Below are positions 16,162-24,754 of a stretch of DNA of 64,000 nucleotides, piece by piece. The stretch comes from a virus. The stretch is from positions 42,181 to 106,180 of the IMG/VR virus record IMGVR_UViG_3300027659_000014. One strand, written 5' to 3'. Both the position numbers and the translations under genes were made by a program. The notes under the pieces were generated by a model. The model saw nothing but the letters and a program-made list of their open reading frames with translations, was not told the DNA's origin and made no database searches. The stretch's first letter is position 1; each line of letters begins with the position of its first letter.

Positions 16162-16611
16162 TTAATTGTTCGGTTTAACCGTTATCGTATATTTTCTAGT
16201 ATAACTAGAATCCTCATTTTTTACTAACACACCTAACACAGGTGTAAACCCATCTGGGTCATACATAACTGGCGTAATAACAACATTTATGTTAGAGTTT
16301 TCTAATTGGGTTTTAATTTGTTGGGTTATTAACATCTCATTAATTTCTGTAATTACATACTTATCCTTTAACGGTGGTTTGTAACCATATTCCGTTTCTT
16401 GTCTCCGCTTCAACCAATTGTTTGCGGTCAAGTATAAACTTTTATAATTAGTATTCTTTTTAAAATTTTCGATGTTATTTAGAATGTCGTCAATTTGTTG
16501 TTTAGAATATTCCAACCTTAATTTATTAAATTCATCGACGCTTAAACTTAAATGTGCGAATGCCCTATATGTATTTTCTTTATTATTCTTGTTTGTTGTT
16601 ATTTTTTTCAT
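16162..16611 (-). CDS. Hypothetical protein; N-half resembles phage replication-initiator C-terminal domains
   Basis: [49 protein letters not shown]. Confidence 0.5.
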   Translation of the reverse strand: MKKITTNKNNKENTYRAFAHLSLSVDEFNKLRLEYSKQQIDDILNNIENFKKNTNYKSLYLTANNWLKRRQETEYGYKPPLKDKYVITEINEMLITQQIKTQLENSNINVVITPVMYDPDGFTPVLGVLVKNEDSSYTRKYTITVKPNN

Positions 16612-16629
16612 TTTTAATTATTTGTTTGT

Positions 16630-16962
16630 TTATTCTATTATTTTTTCAACATAAGTTGATGTCTCACCTTCAGTAAATCCTTTTTCAATTAATAATGGTA
16701 ATGAACCTGGTTTACACCAAGCATATACTGTATACCCACTATAACGAGTTTTAACATATTCCCATCTAGTATCCCATAACTTTCTAAAAATACCTTTTAG
16801 TCTATGTTCCTCATGTACCCAAGCATCTAAGAATTTTATTTTATTACTCTCTTCTCGTTCCATATATATGTGTCCCACAATCTCACCATTTAACATGGCA
16901 ATCCATGTTTCAAGTTGTTGAGCATTACTCTTAAGATGAATAATTTTAATATCTTCAATCAT
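16630..16962 (-). CDS. GNAT-family N-acetyltransferase
   Basis: WVHEEHRLKGIFRKL (motif A) and LLIEKGF (motif B). Confidence 0.85.
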   Translation of the reverse strand: MIEDIKIIHLKSNAQQLETWIAMLNGEIVGHIYMEREESNKIKFLDAWVHEEHRLKGIFRKLWDTRWEYVKTRYSGYTVYAWCKPGSLPLLIEKGFTEGETSTYVEKIIE

Positions 16963-16964
16963 AA

Positions 16965-17183
16965 CTACATTACTATTTTTGGTGGATATCCCAAATCATT
17001 ATCTATTGGGAATGGATTAATAGGTATTGGTATTGACCTATATGGTTCCGCAATACCAAATTTACTTTCTTCTTTTACTTGACCCATTTTTTCAACAATA
17101 GGTAAAATTTCTATGTGTTTGTTTTCAAGTTTACCATAAAGATAACCTTCTAACCAAATATAAAATTCTTTGTGTGTTAACAT
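16965..17183 (-). CDS. Hypothetical protein
   Basis: 72-aa ORF with FYIWLEGYL. Confidence 0.65.
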   Translation of the reverse strand: MLTHKEFYIWLEGYLYGKLENKHIEILPIVEKMGQVKEESKFGIAEPYRSIPIPINPFPIDNDLGYPPKIVM

Positions 17184-17323
17184 AATTCTCTACTATAAAG
17201 ATTTACTAAAATAATTCTTGCAAACTTAAAATCTTTTGCTCTGTTTAATTTTAAACCATACGCCAACGCCACACTATTAAGGTGTGGATATGCTTCAGTT
17301 AATGTCATTTTACCAATTTCCAT
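17177..17323 (-). CDS. Small hypothetical protein, 48 aa; not in the ORF track
   Basis: MEIGKMTLTEAYPHLNSVALAYGLKLNRAKDFKFARIILVNLYSRELC fills the gap with start/stop overlaps on both sides. Confidence 0.65.
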   Translation of the reverse strand: MEIGKMTLTEAYPHLNSVALAYGLKLNRAKDFKFARIILVNLYSRELC

Positions 17324-17541
17324 TATTCAAAAATTAAAAATTCTTCATTTACAAATCCACAACTATTACACATATATGTAGGAAACGGAACAATTGTATC
17401 TTCGTGACTTCCTGTTAATAATTTAGGTACTTTTTTTAACATACTTACTTCTTTAAAAAACTTTGAACCACACTCTTCACAGATTATAGTTGGTTGTATT
17501 CTAAGATCAATTTTAGGTTTTATACTGTTATCTTCTCCCAT
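17323..17541 (-). CDS. Small zinc-ribbon protein
   Basis: CEEC...CNSC. Confidence 0.75.
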   Translation of the reverse strand: MGEDNSIKPKIDLRIQPTIICEECGSKFFKEVSMLKKVPKLLTGSHEDTIVPFPTYMCNSCGFVNEEFLIFE

Positions 17542-17627
17542 TTTATAATATAATTTATATTTATTTTAATTGTTGTATTGTCCCAACTTGTGTTGGTGAA
17601 CCAAACTGGTGTAATTATAGTTTTCAT
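17520..17627 (-). CDS. Possible 35-aa peptide; not in the ORF track
   Basis: MKTIITPVWFTNTSWDNTTIKININYIIKWEKITV directly after a -35/-10 promoter. Confidence 0.3.
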   Translation of the reverse strand: MKTIITPVWFTNTSWDNTTIKININYIIKWEKITV

Positions 17628-17632
17628 ACTCA

Positions 17633-17661
17633 ATAATAGTTTATTTTTATTATTTTGTCAA
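17633..17661 (-). promoter_or_regulatory. Putative -35/-10 promoter
   Basis: TTGACA-N17-TATTAT. Confidence 0.55.
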
Positions 17662-18504
17662 ATACTTTTTCATATCCATTTCAAGAATTGTGTTAATCGT
17701 TTTCTTTAAGACTCTATGTTCAACATATTCTCTTTCTTCCGTTAATAAAACAACAATACAACCCATCAATTTAATGTTCTCATATTTCGTACCCTCTAAC
17801 ATCTTCAATAATAACTTACCGTAAAATGGTAATTGAGTGTTGTAGTGACCAAGAGCGTTATCAGGTAAATCTTCAAATGGTTTCTTCATTGGTTTTGTAA
17901 ACTTATTCTTTTCAAAGTTTTTAGGTTTGTTTGTTTTCCAATCCGTAATTAAAATACCAAGATCACCATTTGTACCAATAATTAACCATACCTTATCGGG
18001 TTGCCCTGTATAACCCAATTCAGGGTGACCCAAAACCATTTCCGTATCAAGTAAAATACAATTACGTTCTTTAAGTAAATCAATGTATTGTTTACCCGCA
18101 ACAACCATAGTATCTCCTTTTACAATCTGTTCGGCATCACATTCATAAATTGGTTGTCTAACTTCTTTACTAATACCAAATTCTTCTAAGGTATGTTTTT
18201 CTAATAAGAAGTGAACACGAGAACCCATGTTTGTGGAATATGTTCCAGCGGCAGCCCATTCCTCCAATAATCGTTGTTGTTCATAAGGATCACCATTCGC
18301 CTTTCTAAATGAAATTCCTTCAGAATCAAATTCCGTATAGAAATATTTCATCAATTTAGAAACAGAAGGGAAATCGTCTCTTAATTTACCACTAACATCC
18401 AACATTGTGTACTTGTGAGCATCTTCTTCAAATGTTAATTGAAACTCTTTTTGTTTTTCTGATATAATTTCTCTGATCTCTTCAGATATTTTTTTTAAAT
18501 CCAT
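17650..18504 (-). CDS. PD-(D/E)xK exonuclease (RecB/Cas4-like superfamily)
   Basis: FPSVS, GSRVH, GQPDKV, ITDWKTNK, HYNTQLxxY; -7 element TATCTTTG at 18525-18532. Confidence 0.85.
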   Translation of the reverse strand: MDLKKISEEIREIISEKQKEFQLTFEEDAHKYTMLDVSGKLRDDFPSVSKLMKYFYTEFDSEGISFRKANGDPYEQQRLLEEWAAAGTYSTNMGSRVHFLLEKHTLEEFGISKEVRQPIYECDAEQIVKGDTMVVAGKQYIDLLKERNCILLDTEMVLGHPELGYTGQPDKVWLIIGTNGDLGILITDWKTNKPKNFEKNKFTKPMKKPFEDLPDNALGHYNTQLPFYGKLLLKMLEGTKYENIKLMGCIVVLLTEEREYVEHRVLKKTINTILEMDMKKYLTK

Positions 18505-18546
18505 GTTTTTTTTGTTTTATTTTACAAAGATAATACTTTTTTTTTA

Positions 18547-19446
18547 TTAATCCCTAATTTTTACAAAAAAATCTTCAATGTTTCCTTTTAAGTCACAAAC
18601 ATCTTGATCCATAGGTAATCTAACAATTTTTATTCTATCATATAGTTCACCCCCATTTAACTCTCGATATAATTTAACCGCATTATTAAAAGCGTCACCA
18701 TCAAGGGATATAATTATATCTCTTTTAGCTTTATTATATATTTTTTCAAATAAAAGTTCTGACATATGTTTACCTAACATTGGAATTGAGTTGTCCAAGA
18801 AAAACCCATCAAAAACCCCTTCGACTAAGTAAATGTCTTTTTCCCAATCTATTAATCTTTCGTTAAATATAATCTTATCTTTTTCTTCCTCAGGGTTTTT
18901 ATATTTAAATTTACTTTTTGTGTCCCAACTGCGAGCAACATAGTAATTTAATTCCCCATTAATATTATATGATGGGACCACAATACGTCCTATATGACTA
19001 CCACGATCACAAAAACCAATATTATATTTGGTAATGATTTCATCCGTTATTCCCCTACTTTTTAAATAATTATACGCTTGTCTTCTTACTGGGTATACCG
19101 GACTTGAATCCGTAAATAAAGTGAAACCCTCAGGAAGTGTTAATTTTTTTGTTCGTTTTTGTTTTGGCTGTACCGTCTCAGGTTTTAAGATATTATATAA
19201 TTTCTTTAATTTTTTGTTTCCGTACTTATCAAAAAGTTTTCCCAAAGATCCGTGAGTTCCATTAGTGTCCCCACACGACCAACATTTGTACACATTATTT
19301 ATATAGTTAATCTCTAAATTGTGTTTATTTTTATCGTCATCACAAACCGGACAATTAAATGAAATTTGACCACGATTATGGTAATGTAATCCGTGATCCC
19401 CTAAAAGTCCCTCTAATAATTCAACAATTGCATCACTTTCTTCCAT
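18547..19446 (-). CDS. DNA primase (CHC2-like Zn finger + TOPRIM; start revised to 19446)
   Basis: CPVC...CWSC, YLKSRGI, RIVVPS, YLVEGVFD, LDGDA, DVCDL. Confidence 0.92.
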   Translation of the reverse strand: MEESDAIVELLEGLLGDHGLHYHNRGQISFNCPVCDDDKNKHNLEINYINNVYKCWSCGDTNGTHGSLGKLFDKYGNKKLKKLYNILKPETVQPKQKRTKKLTLPEGFTLFTDSSPVYPVRRQAYNYLKSRGITDEIITKYNIGFCDRGSHIGRIVVPSYNINGELNYYVARSWDTKSKFKYKNPEEEKDKIIFNERLIDWEKDIYLVEGVFDGFFLDNSIPMLGKHMSELLFEKIYNKAKRDIIISLDGDAFNNAVKLYRELNGGELYDRIKIVRLPMDQDVCDLKGNIEDFFVKIRD

Positions 19447-19521
19447 TGTTTTAAAAATATAAATAAAATAAAAGAACATATCAACTACACAAGTTTTTAA
19501 TAAGTTCTATATTTATAAGAT

Positions 19522-19767
19522 ATGCCAACAAATATAACAATTAATAACGTTACGGGAGCACAACCATTTGATATCTATGTTTGTGATTCACCAATTACTA
19601 CTTGTATTTATGTCTCAACTATTAATACGGTTGACACCTCCAGTCCCTATTATCAGACCCTACCATATAGTTTTGATATTCCTTTAGTTTATTCAAGTTT
19701 AACTGAATTTGTTGTTAAAGTGGTTGATAATAATGATTGTATCGTTACAGATACTTTAAATATATAA
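19522..19767 (+). CDS. Small beta-rich Cys-containing putative virion protein
   Basis: GAQPFDIYVC...VKVVDNNDC resembles one SprB-like unit; TATTTATA at 19510-19517. Confidence 0.7.
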   Translation: MPTNITINNVTGAQPFDIYVCDSPITTCIYVSTINTVDTSSPYYQTLPYSFDIPLVYSSLTEFVVKVVDNNDCIVTDTLNI

Positions 19768-19768
19768 T

Positions 19769-21379
19769 ATGAGTTGTAGTACAGATATTTGTGTTGTTAA
19801 TTCCGGAATATATAATGATAATTATACATTCAGTGGTCAATATGGTGGTATAGATTATTTTGAAAATTCAACCTCATCATATTACATTTTTTATTCTCAA
19901 ACAGAATTAAGGTGGTGTTTATCGTCATACATAGGGGATCCGTGTATTTTATTTGGTCCAACAAATTCCGTTGATCCATGTCCTGATTTTTATTCTGGAA
20001 TAATAGTTAACGGTTTATGTCCAACCCCAACTCCTACCCCAACATTAGCTTGTGCTATTGATTTTGACGCAATGTTTGATTGTGATGTATTTGTAACTCC
20101 AACTCCAACTCCAACTAAAACAAAAACCCCAACACCAACACCAACACCAACAGTAACTAATGTTTGTGGGGGTGTTTCTTTATCTGTTACAGGAAACACA
20201 TATTCACCAACACCAACTACAACACCAACTTTAACTCCAACACCTTCAATTCCAATTGATAGACCATGTAATTTTGATGGTATTGCCAAATTTAATAGTG
20301 TTGATGGGTTTATTGTATGTGCAACCAGTAAAAAATTTGAGGATTGTTTTACTGGTATAGAATACTATACAACACAAACATTATTTGATTCTTTAGGTAA
20401 TTTATTAGTTGTTGGTGACGTTTATGGTGGAACAATAAACAGAATATCTTCATGTTTTATTTTTCAAACAATTGTAGATAACATAAGTGGTGGTGACAAA
20501 GTTGTTATTACCACAGAATATGGACCTTCTAGTCAAGGTAGTTGTTTAAATTGTTTCCCAATTAGTAATACTCCTACATTAACACCTACTATAACACCAA
20601 CCCCAACAACACCTTGTTTATGTTTGTCATATAGAATTTCAAATATAACTGGAAATCCCAACAGTGGTGGTATAGAATTTATGAGTTGTGATAATAAAGA
20701 TGTTTTATTAAGACCTGGTTCTATGGGTTGGGATGATTGGTTAAATCATGTTCTAATTATTTGTTCTAAAGATATACCGACACTTAATTCAGGATCTGCA
20801 ACTATTACAAATATTGGTGATTGTTGTAATGGAAATTGTATTCAATACTTATTATTTAATACATCCACAACAGTTCAATCATATGTTTATACAAATTTAT
20901 TAGGTGTTGTTATAAACCAAACATTAAATTCTAACACAAGTATTTTAATTAATTCATTTTCAACACCATATTCTATATATGGTGGAATAAATGTAAACCC
21001 CACAGGAAGAGATTGTTTTTCAACACCGGGATTGACTCCTACCCCAACTAATACACCAACAAAAACTCCAACGCCAACTCCAACGCCAGCTAATCTTCCT
21101 TATATAAGTAGTCTTTATTTTCCTATGAATACCGGTATTATGGTAAATATCTGCATAAATATTAATAACGATGGTGGAAGCCCAATAACACAATGTGGTG
21201 TGGTTTACAATACAACAGGAAACCCAACAACAGCAGATAATATAATTCCATATAATATTCAAATAGGGATTCAATGTCAGAATTTTATTAGACCAATACT
21301 AAACCAACCATATTATTTTAGTGCGTTTGCTACAAATTCTGTAGGAACATTTTATCGTATTTACCCAAATCCAGTATAG
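19769..21379 (+). CDS. Cys-rich putative virion surface protein with five (TP)n linkers and a C-terminal FN3-like domain
   Basis: TP tracts separate Cys-rich modules; DGGSPITQCGVVY...YYFSAFATNSVGT resembles the FN3 variant of Bacteroidota surface proteins. Confidence 0.75.
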   Translation: MSCSTDICVVNSGIYNDNYTFSGQYGGIDYFENSTSSYYIFYSQTELRWCLSSYIGDPCILFGPTNSVDPCPDFYSGIIVNGLCPTPTPTPTLACAIDFDAMFDCDVFVTPTPTPTKTKTPTPTPTPTVTNVCGGVSLSVTGNTYSPTPTTTPTLTPTPSIPIDRPCNFDGIAKFNSVDGFIVCATSKKFEDCFTGIEYYTTQTLFDSLGNLLVVGDVYGGTINRISSCFIFQTIVDNISGGDKVVITTEYGPSSQGSCLNCFPISNTPTLTPTITPTPTTPCLCLSYRISNITGNPNSGGIEFMSCDNKDVLLRPGSMGWDDWLNHVLIICSKDIPTLNSGSATITNIGDCCNGNCIQYLLFNTSTTVQSYVYTNLLGVVINQTLNSNTSILINSFSTPYSIYGGINVNPTGRDCFSTPGLTPTPTNTPTKTPTPTPTPANLPYISSLYFPMNTGIMVNICININNDGGSPITQCGVVYNTTGNPTTADNIIPYNIQIGIQCQNFIRPILNQPYYFSAFATNSVGTFYRIYPNPV

Positions 21380-21444
21380 CGGTATTACTAAATTATTTAG
21401 TCCTTCAACAGTTTTATGTGTATTTGTAATTAAAAATATAAGAC

Positions 21445-21477
21445 AAAAAAAAATATCACCTAAAAAGACGATATTTT
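21445..21477 (-). terminator. Intrinsic terminator after the ruvC-like gene
   Basis: AATATCGTCT-TTTT-AGGTGATATT followed by a T run (minus strand, with G-U pairs). Confidence 0.6.
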
Positions 21478-21501
21478 CAATTATCGGTTATTTAGACGAT
21501 A

Positions 21502-22110
21502 TTAATCCCAAATTTTTTTACTTCTCATATAACCTAAAACACAAGCATAAGCATCTGTTTGGTCAAAATTTTCTTTCTTTAAAGTATTGTTTTTAGTGTA
21601 ATGCCATTGTATTTGTGGTTCTTTTTTTGCAACTAAATCCCAAATAATCATTTTTTTGTCTATATCTTTAGGAAGTCCTCCAAATAAAACATGTTTTTTT
21701 TTATCGTTTTCTTTTACTAATTCAGGAAACGCAAATTTTCTTGAGTTATATGTAGATATGAATTCAGGAACAATACCTATCATATCATAAATTGTTTTAC
21801 ATATTAATGTATTAAATCTTAGTAAAGTTTGGATAGTATAAACATTGTTTGAATTTAATAGTGGTTCTTCAATTATAACACTAACAATCCCTAAATTTTT
21901 ATATCCTTCCAATTTAGTTTTAAATACTTCAGATTTTAATATTAATTCTAACATTTTATTTTCTTCCGTATCTTTATTTTTTGGTCTCGGGGATACATGA
22001 GTTAATTCTAGTAATTCTTGTGATTTAATATCAAAAAGTGCCCAACCTATTGTTTTAGTGGAAATGTCTAACCCTAAGACTTTAGGTGAATTTTTAATTG
22101 ATGTTCGCAT
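21502..22110 (-). CDS. RuvC-like Holliday junction resolvase
   Basis: VLGLDISTKTIGWA, IIEEP, DQTDAY acidic catalytic set. Confidence 0.85.
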   Translation of the reverse strand: MRTSIKNSPKVLGLDISTKTIGWALFDIKSQELLELTHVSPRPKNKDTEENKMLELILKSEVFKTKLEGYKNLGIVSVIIEEPLLNSNNVYTIQTLLRFNTLICKTIYDMIGIVPEFISTYNSRKFAFPELVKENDKKKHVLFGGLPKDIDKKMIIWDLVAKKEPQIQWHYTKNNTLKKENFDQTDAYACVLGYMRSKKIWD

Positions 22111-22163
22111 AAACTTATTTTTAATTATAATATAACTATATCGTTGTAAAACTAAAGTTTTTG

Positions 22164-24731
22164 TTATAAATCAAACTTAACTAAGAATTGTTGAATTCCT
22201 TGTCTTAAAACAGGAGATTGTAACTTTGAGACAACTAATACGTCTTTTTTATCATCTAACAACGCTATTTCAGTAATATAAGAATTAGTTCCTGATTTCC
22301 AAGTTGGATTTGATGTTTTTTGAAATTCAGTATAATTTAAATTAATCTTATACATCATTTCATATATTGTTGCTTGTATATCAGTTTCAATACCTCCGTA
22401 GAAATAATATTCATCACCAAAATTTAATTTTGGTCCAACATTACCAATAGGGGTTAAATCAATATATTGGTTTAAATCGTAAAATGGTGCGGAATTATAT
22501 AAGGATTCGGTAACAATAAATGTAGTTCCTGTTAATGAATCTTCAGTAATATAACCATTTATTGTTTGTCCACTTATATTATTAGTAAAATCAATTAATT
22601 TCCATTTTGAGGAATCTGGTCTTGTTCCTGTAGGTACTTTTTGTGCTAACACTTCAAATTTAGTCCCATAAAATCCATTTGGAATATCACATGTAGGACA
22701 TAGTGTTGTAGTTGTTGTAACAATAGGATTAAGTGTTGTAGTTGTTGTAACAATAGGATTAAGTGTTGTAGTTGTTGTAATAATAGGATTAAGTGTTGTA
22801 GTTGTTGTTGTTGGGTTATACCCAGGAACAACCAAACACCCAAATTCACCCGCAAATCTTATTGCAACATTTTTAGATGTATCAGGAAAACAATCATTAT
22901 TATTACCCACAATTTTAACGTAATAATTACAATGTAATGAATTTGTAAATCCATAATCATTACTAATTCTATATGTAATATACATAGTCTCATTGTTTCC
23001 TGTTAATATACCATTAATTGTTGATGAGGTTGTATCACAAATATTTGGAGTTATTAAAGAAACTTGTGGTGCAGGTAATGTCCAATTTCTATTTGATTTA
23101 TAAGATAACGCAGCAACAATTTCTTCATCATCAATAATAATTGTTTGACTATCCGGAAATACTTTACCAATTCGACTTGGTAATCCATTATTATTTGGGT
23201 GTGTATCCCATAAATGATAGTATCTTAATCCAGGATTATTCATATTATTATTTTGGTTTGATTCCATATAATGAACTTCAAATAAGTTTTCATTGTCAAA
23301 TCCAGGTGGGTCAACCCAAAAGGTAGATCCAAAGCAACATTGTGGATTTTTATGCCACATAATCCATGGTATATATAATTTAAAATTTCTAGCTTGACCT
23401 GTTGTATTATTAGTATTAACCGGATCATATGGTTCTAATGCAAATTTTTCACCATAAAAGAAATCAATTGTTTGGTTTGTATAATGAATAATTGCAATTG
23501 TTTTTTGTTCTTCAGGTTCAACCTTAATAACCTCATCAAATGAATTATAATAATAAGTGTCAGTAGTTTCAGCACTTAATACTGAATTTACGTAAAATGT
23601 CTGTCCTAAATTTGAATTATAACCAAAATACTCTTTACTCCCAATATAATTAACAGACCCAAAATAAGTATAATCTTCATATTGTGTTGGTAATAATCCA
23701 GCGGGATTTTCGGTCCAAGGAATATTCATGTTCCAAATTTTAACGTCAAAGTTATCAACATCACATAATGTTTCATAATTAATAACACCATCACCCCAAT
23801 GTGGACTTGGTGTTACACTATCATATAGTTCTGTCATACTTTTAGGATAAACTAAAGCTCTAAAACAACATTTATTATTTATTAATCCAAAATCTGGTGT
23901 TGTTCTATCTAACGTTATTTTATTTTCACAAATTCCAATAATTCTATAAGTTAAAATTGGGTAACAACTATATAATGACATCAAACAAACGGGTTCAGGT
24001 GGTGCGGGACACTGTCTACTTGGTGTTGGCGTTAAACATTCTGTTTTTGTAGGGGTTGGCGTTGGGGTTGGACTTACACAATTAATATGACCACTACTTA
24101 CTGATGGTGTGAGTGTAGGTGTAGGTGTGGTTCCTTGTGATGTTGTTGGTGTTGGTGTTGGTAAATTGGTGCATGAACAATTTTCACATCCTAAACCATC
24201 AAAATAAATAGTAATAAAATCACCAACCTCGTAACCTCCAAATGAAGATGTGTTACATCCTGAATAAATTAAAGTTATTTCATTAGTACCATTTAATGAT
24301 AATGGATTTACCAAATAATTAGAAGTTTTAACATAATTATTACTTGTTAACGCACTCCAATTAATTGTACTTGCGGTTGTGTTACCACTAAAAAATCCCC
24401 TTAAAGGAGCCCGATTAAATACAGACTCAACTGTTGAGTCCATGTATGGGATTCCGTACGTATTTTTCCCAATATTATCCACATAATACGGGTATTTAAC
24501 ATTTTGTTTATTTGATTGTGGTATTCCGTCACTATTTTGACTTCCAAACGGTGGAGTTAAGACAAAACTATTAACTTGATTATAATTAACAGAAACTTTA
24601 TCATAAGAAACTTCACTATCCCCTACCTGAAAATAACTTACATTAAAATTTCCTTGTGACATCTTTAACCTACCAGTATCCGTTATTCTGGTGTTAATAA
24701 GTCCTGATGTATTTTTTATTATATATGACAT
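22164..24731 (-). CDS. Tail/baseplate-associated protein with TP and poly-Thr linkers
   Basis: N-terminal ITDTGRLKM...FQVGDSE and C-terminal YITEIALLDD...VSKLQSPV resemble tail-fibre attachment domains; mucin-like inserts. Confidence 0.7.
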   Translation of the reverse strand: MSYIIKNTSGLINTRITDTGRLKMSQGNFNVSYFQVGDSEVSYDKVSVNYNQVNSFVLTPPFGSQNSDGIPQSNKQNVKYPYYVDNIGKNTYGIPYMDSTVESVFNRAPLRGFFSGNTTASTINWSALTSNNYVKTSNYLVNPLSLNGTNEITLIYSGCNTSSFGGYEVGDFITIYFDGLGCENCSCTNLPTPTPTTSQGTTPTPTLTPSVSSGHINCVSPTPTPTPTKTECLTPTPSRQCPAPPEPVCLMSLYSCYPILTYRIIGICENKITLDRTTPDFGLINNKCCFRALVYPKSMTELYDSVTPSPHWGDGVINYETLCDVDNFDVKIWNMNIPWTENPAGLLPTQYEDYTYFGSVNYIGSKEYFGYNSNLGQTFYVNSVLSAETTDTYYYNSFDEVIKVEPEEQKTIAIIHYTNQTIDFFYGEKFALEPYDPVNTNNTTGQARNFKLYIPWIMWHKNPQCCFGSTFWVDPPGFDNENLFEVHYMESNQNNNMNNPGLRYYHLWDTHPNNNGLPSRIGKVFPDSQTIIIDDEEIVAALSYKSNRNWTLPAPQVSLITPNICDTTSSTINGILTGNNETMYITYRISNDYGFTNSLHCNYYVKIVGNNNDCFPDTSKNVAIRFAGEFGCLVVPGYNPTTTTTTLNPIITTTTTLNPIVTTTTTLNPIVTTTTTLCPTCDIPNGFYGTKFEVLAQKVPTGTRPDSSKWKLIDFTNNISGQTINGYITEDSLTGTTFIVTESLYNSAPFYDLNQYIDLTPIGNVGPKLNFGDEYYFYGGIETDIQATIYEMMYKINLNYTEFQKTSNPTWKSGTNSYITEIALLDDKKDVLVVSKLQSPVLRQGIQQFLVKFDL
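22702..22808. repeat. 30-bp tandem repeat, about 3.5 copies, encoding NPI(I/V)TTTTTL
   Basis: AGTGTTGTAGTTGTTGTAA(C/T)AATAGGATTA at 22702, 22732, 22762, partial at 22792. Confidence 0.95.
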
Positions 24732-24754
24732 TTTATGTATAAATATTTATTTAT

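Noticed and set aside
17650-18504. Cas4 of a CRISPR system
   Set aside because: No four-Cys Fe-S pattern, no cas1/cas2 and no array; treated as a stand-alone phage nuclease
21355-21379. Terminal IYPNPV as a type IX secretion CTD
   Set aside because: The protein stops right after YPNP with no ~70-aa CTD, has no signal peptide, and no alternative frame restores one
22702-22808. 30-bp repeats as a CRISPR array
   Set aside because: Units are contiguous with no spacers, are in frame within a CDS, and no cas operon is present
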